64,000 nt of DNA from Vicinamibacterales bacterium (GTDB lineage: Bacteria; Acidobacteriota; Vicinamibacteria; Vicinamibacterales; UBA8438): positions 4,275-68,274 of the forward strand of contig CATQHX010000007.1 of the NCBI GenBank assembly GCA_958296065.1. Direction: 5' to 3'. Position numbers and translations under genes: made by a program. This document shows positions 61,192-64,000 of this stretch, one piece after another. Within the stretch, counting starts at the first letter, position 1. The number at the start of each line of letters is the position of its first letter. The notes under the pieces are model-generated. The model saw nothing but the letters and a program-made list of their open reading frames with translations, did no database searches and was not told the origin of the DNA.

Positions 61192-64000
61192 TCAGGACGC
61201 TTCGGCGACGCGCGCCGTGGCCGTTGCCCCTCCGTCGACCGCTACCGTTGCATCTTCCTGACCCGCCGGCAGCGTGGCCGGGGCTCCCGAACCGAAGATT
61301 CGCCGCAACGTGCGCTGCAAGTCGTCCAGGATGAGGTACGAGACGGGTACCAGGATCAGCGTGATGAAGGTGGCGAACAGCACGCCGAAGGCCAGCGATA
61401 CCGCCATCGGCACGAGGAACGCCGCCTGCATGCTGCGCTCCAGCATGAGCGGTGCGAGACCGAAGAACGTCGTCAGCGAAGTGAGCAGAATCGGCCGGAA
61501 GCGGTTGCTTCCCGCTTCGCGGATCGCGAGCTGCAGCCCGCTGGACTCGAACTCGTCACTGCTCGTGTGCTTGCCTCCCGCCTCGCGGATCCTGCGGCCG
61601 AGATCGGTGTGGACGCTCCGCGCGCGGTTGATGAAATCGACCATGACGAGGCTGTCGTTGACGACCACGCCGGTCAGCGCGACCAGGCCGAACATCGACA
61701 TCATCGTCACGTCGAGGCCCATCACGATGTGGCCCCAGATGGCGCCGACCAGGCCGAACGGGATGGCCGCCATGATGATCATCGGCTGCATGTACGAGCG
61801 CAGCGGAACCGCGAGCAGGGCGAAGATCATCAGCAGGGCGAGGACGAACCCGCGCTGCAGGCCGCCGACGGCGTCCACCTGCTCCGCCTGGGCCCCCTCG
61901 AAGGTGTAAAACACCCCCGGATATCCGGCGAGCACTTCCGGCAGGATCCGGGTCTGCAGGTCCGCGATGACCGCGCCGGCGGATGTGATCGCCGCGTCCA
62001 CCGAGGCGGTCACGTTGACGGCCCGGTTGCGGTTGACCCGCTTGATCGACGCGAAGCCGCGCCCCGGCTGCACCTCCGCTACCTGACTGAACGGTACTTC
62101 CCCGCCGTTCGGGGTGCGGATGCGCATGTTCTCCAGATCGCCCAGCGACCGGCGATCCGCTTCGGGATAGCGCACCATCACGCGGATGTCGTCGCGACCG
62201 CGCTGGATGCGCTGGGCCTCTTCGCCGTAGAACGCCTGCCGGACCTGGCGGCCGAGGTCCTGCAGGGTGAGCCCGAGCGTCTCCGCGGCCGGCTTGATGC
62301 CGAGCTGCATCTCTTCCTTGCCCGCGCGGAACGAATCGGAGATCTCGTAGACGCCGGCATACCCTGCCAGCCGCAGCTTGACCGCCTCGGCGGCGTCGCG
62401 CAACCGTTCGATGTCCGGCCCGGCGAGCTGCACGTCGACGTCGTCGCCGGGGTTCATCATCGACATGGAGAAGTTCACCTCGACCGCCTCGGGGATCGCC
62501 TCCGTGCTCTCCCGCCACAGGTTGCCGAGCTGCTCGCTGGTGTAGGCGCGCGTCTCCGCCGGCGCAAGCTCGATGGTGACCTCTCCCACGTTGGCGGAGG
62601 TCACGGTTGCGACCGGACCCATCGGCCCGCCGCCGCGCGACAGCATCGGCTGGTCGCCGACCGCCGTCGACACGTGCCGGAAGTAGTCCATCCCGGTGTC
62701 CTGCTGCAGCCGTGTGCGCAGGCGCGTGGCGCCCTCCTCGAGCTTGGTGATCGCCTGCGACGTGACGTCGACCGGCGTGCCCTGCGGCATCGTCACCGAC
62801 GCGGACATGAAGTCGGCTTCGATGGACGGGAAGAAGTGGAAGTTGGCCCAGCCGCCGAGCACCATTCCGCCGGTCAGGATCAGGGTCGACAGCCCGATCG
62901 CCGCCGTCACGTACCGCCACCGCAGCGCGGTTTCCAGGATCGGCGTGTACACCTGTCGGATGAACAGCTTCAGGCCGTTGGAGAACAGGCTCTGGAAGCG
63001 CCGCCACGGGCCGGGCTTGCCGCGCCGGGGTATGTGCGACAGGTGGGCGGGCAGGATGCCGAGCGACTCGACCAGCGAGAACAGAAGGCACGGGATGACC
63101 ACCAGCGGAATGACACGGAAGATCTTCCCCATCATCCCCGGCACGAACATCAGCGGCATGAACGCCGCCACCGTGGTCAGGACCGCGAAGGTGACCGGCT
63201 TGCCGATCTCTCTCGCGCCCTCGATGGCTCCGCGCAAGCCCTCGCCGTGGTCTTCCTGGTGCCGGTAGATGTTCTCGCCGACGATGATGGCGTCGTCGAC
63301 GACGATGCCGAGCACGAGGATGAACGCGAACAGGGAGATGACGTTCACGGAGACGTCGAGCCCCGGCATCAGGGCGATTGCGCCGAGGAACGAGATCGGG
63401 ATCCCGAGGCTGACCCAGAAGGCGAGACGCAGCTCGAGGAACAGCGCCAGCACGACGAAGACCAGGGCGAACCCGGTGGCGCCGTTGCGCAGCATGAGCG
63501 TCAGGCGGTCGTTCAGCACCTCCGCCTGGTCTTGCCAGAGCGTCATCGAGATGCCTTCGGGCAGCCGCGGCCGAGCGCCTTCGACGTAGCTGTCGACGGC
63601 GGCCGCGATGTCGAGGGCGCTCTGATCGCCGGTGCGGAACACCGATACGAGCACCGTCGGCTGATGATCGAACCGGGCCTGCTGATCGGTCTCGGCGAAG
63701 CCGTCGACGACCGTCGCCACGTCGCCCAGGCGCAGCCGGCTGCCGTCGGCCCGCGTCCACAACACGAGGTCCTCGTACTCGGCGCCGCGGTAGGCCTGCC
63801 CGATCGTGCGCAGGAGGATCTCTCCGCCGTCGGTGCGGACGGAGCCGCCGGGAAGATCGAGCGACGACCGCCGCACGGCGTCGGCGATCTGGTCGAACGT
63901 CATTCCGTGGCGCCGCAGGGCCACCTCGGAGACCTCGATGGAGATTTCGTAGGGTGGCGCGCTGATGATGTCGACCTGCGTGATCTCCGGCATCGCGGTC
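61192..64000 (-). CDS. RND-family efflux transporter permease, 5' end outside window
   Basis: Colinear with residues ~150-1078 of the 52815-56051 product. The frame stays open to base 64000 (..TAMPEITQV aligns with ..VALPEVGQV). Confidence 0.9.
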   Translation of the reverse strand, partial: TAMPEITQVDIISAPPYEISIEVSEVALRRHGMTFDQIADAVRRSSLDLPGGSVRTDGGEILLRTIGQAYRGAEYEDLVLWTRADGSRLRLGDVATVVDGFAETDQQARFDHQPTVLVSVFRTGDQSALDIAAAVDSYVEGARPRLPEGISMTLWQDQAEVLNDRLTLMLRNGATGFALVFVVLALFLELRLAFWVSLGIPISFLGAIALMPGLDVSVNVISLFAFILVLGIVVDDAIIVGENIYRHQEDHGEGLRGAIEGAREIGKPVTFAVLTTVAAFMPLMFVPGMMGKIFRVIPLVVIPCLLFSLVESLGILPAHLSHIPRRGKPGPWRRFQSLFSNGLKLFIRQVYTPILETALRWRYVTAAIGLSTLILTGGMVLGGWANFHFFPSIEADFMSASVTMPQGTPVDVTSQAITKLEEGATRLRTRLQQDTGMDYFRHVSTAVGDQPMLSRGGGPMGPVATVTSANVGEVTIELAPAETRAYTSEQLGNLWRESTEAIPEAVEVNFSMSMMNPGDDVDVQLAGPDIERLRDAAEAVKLRLAGYAGVYEISDSFRAGKEEMQLGIKPAAETLGLTLQDLGRQVRQAFYGEEAQRIQRGRDDIRVMVRYPEADRRSLGDLENMRIRTPNGGEVPFSQVAEVQPGRGFASIKRVNRNRAVNVTASVDAAITSAGAVIADLQTRILPEVLAGYPGVFYTFEGAQAEQVDAVGGLQRGFVLALLMIFALLAVPLRSYMQPMIIMAAIPFGLVGAIWGHIVMGLDVTMMSMFGLVALTGVVVNDSLVMVDFINRARSVHTDLGRRIREAGGKHTSSDEFESSGLQLAIREAGSNRFRPILLTSLTTFFGLAPLMLERSMQAAFLVPMAVSLAFGVLFATFITLILVPVSYLILDDLQRTLRRIFGSGAPATLPAGQEDATVAVDGGATATARVAEAS

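Overview
High-GC (about 68-73% by hand counts) bacterial chromosomal segment. I saw no rRNA, CRISPR array, transposase or integrase. Gene content (lipase-maturation-factor homologue, Anbu operon, cytochrome c/PHM-like fusions, many secreted redox proteins, three RND pumps) suggests an environmental Gram-negative lineage such as Acidobacteriota or Gemmatimonadota, but taxonomy cannot be established from this sequence alone. I support about 50 CDS, 2 tRNAs (Ser-GCU, Gln-CUG), one multi-copy structured repeat family and a few regulatory sites. Many long ORFs in the six-frame track are antisense or off-frame shadows of real genes, as expected at this GC, and are rejected. Candidates for an undescribed system, in order of interest: (1) a sharply low-GC two-gene island (42.4-44.7 kb) with a SAMHD1/YwfO-type HD phosphohydrolase translationally coupled to a YwgA/Panacea-like partner, inserted 8 nt upstream of gltX; (2) a complete Anbu operon (ATP-grasp, alpha-E, proteasome-type protease, transglutaminase), whose substrate is unknown; (3) an ArsR repressor and ArsI C-As lyase in one ORF behind a palindromic operator on an apparently leaderless promoter; (4) a roughly 104-bp double-hairpin repeat family at four loci, one of which is read through by an ORF; (5) two paralogous cytochrome c/PHM-like fusions in secreted redox clusters; (6) a sigma-54-type promoter driving two small overlapping ORFs beside a protease remnant; (7) a membrane-anchored DtxR-FeoA fusion coupled to feoB. 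All family assignments come from motif recognition by eye and memory. No searches were run.
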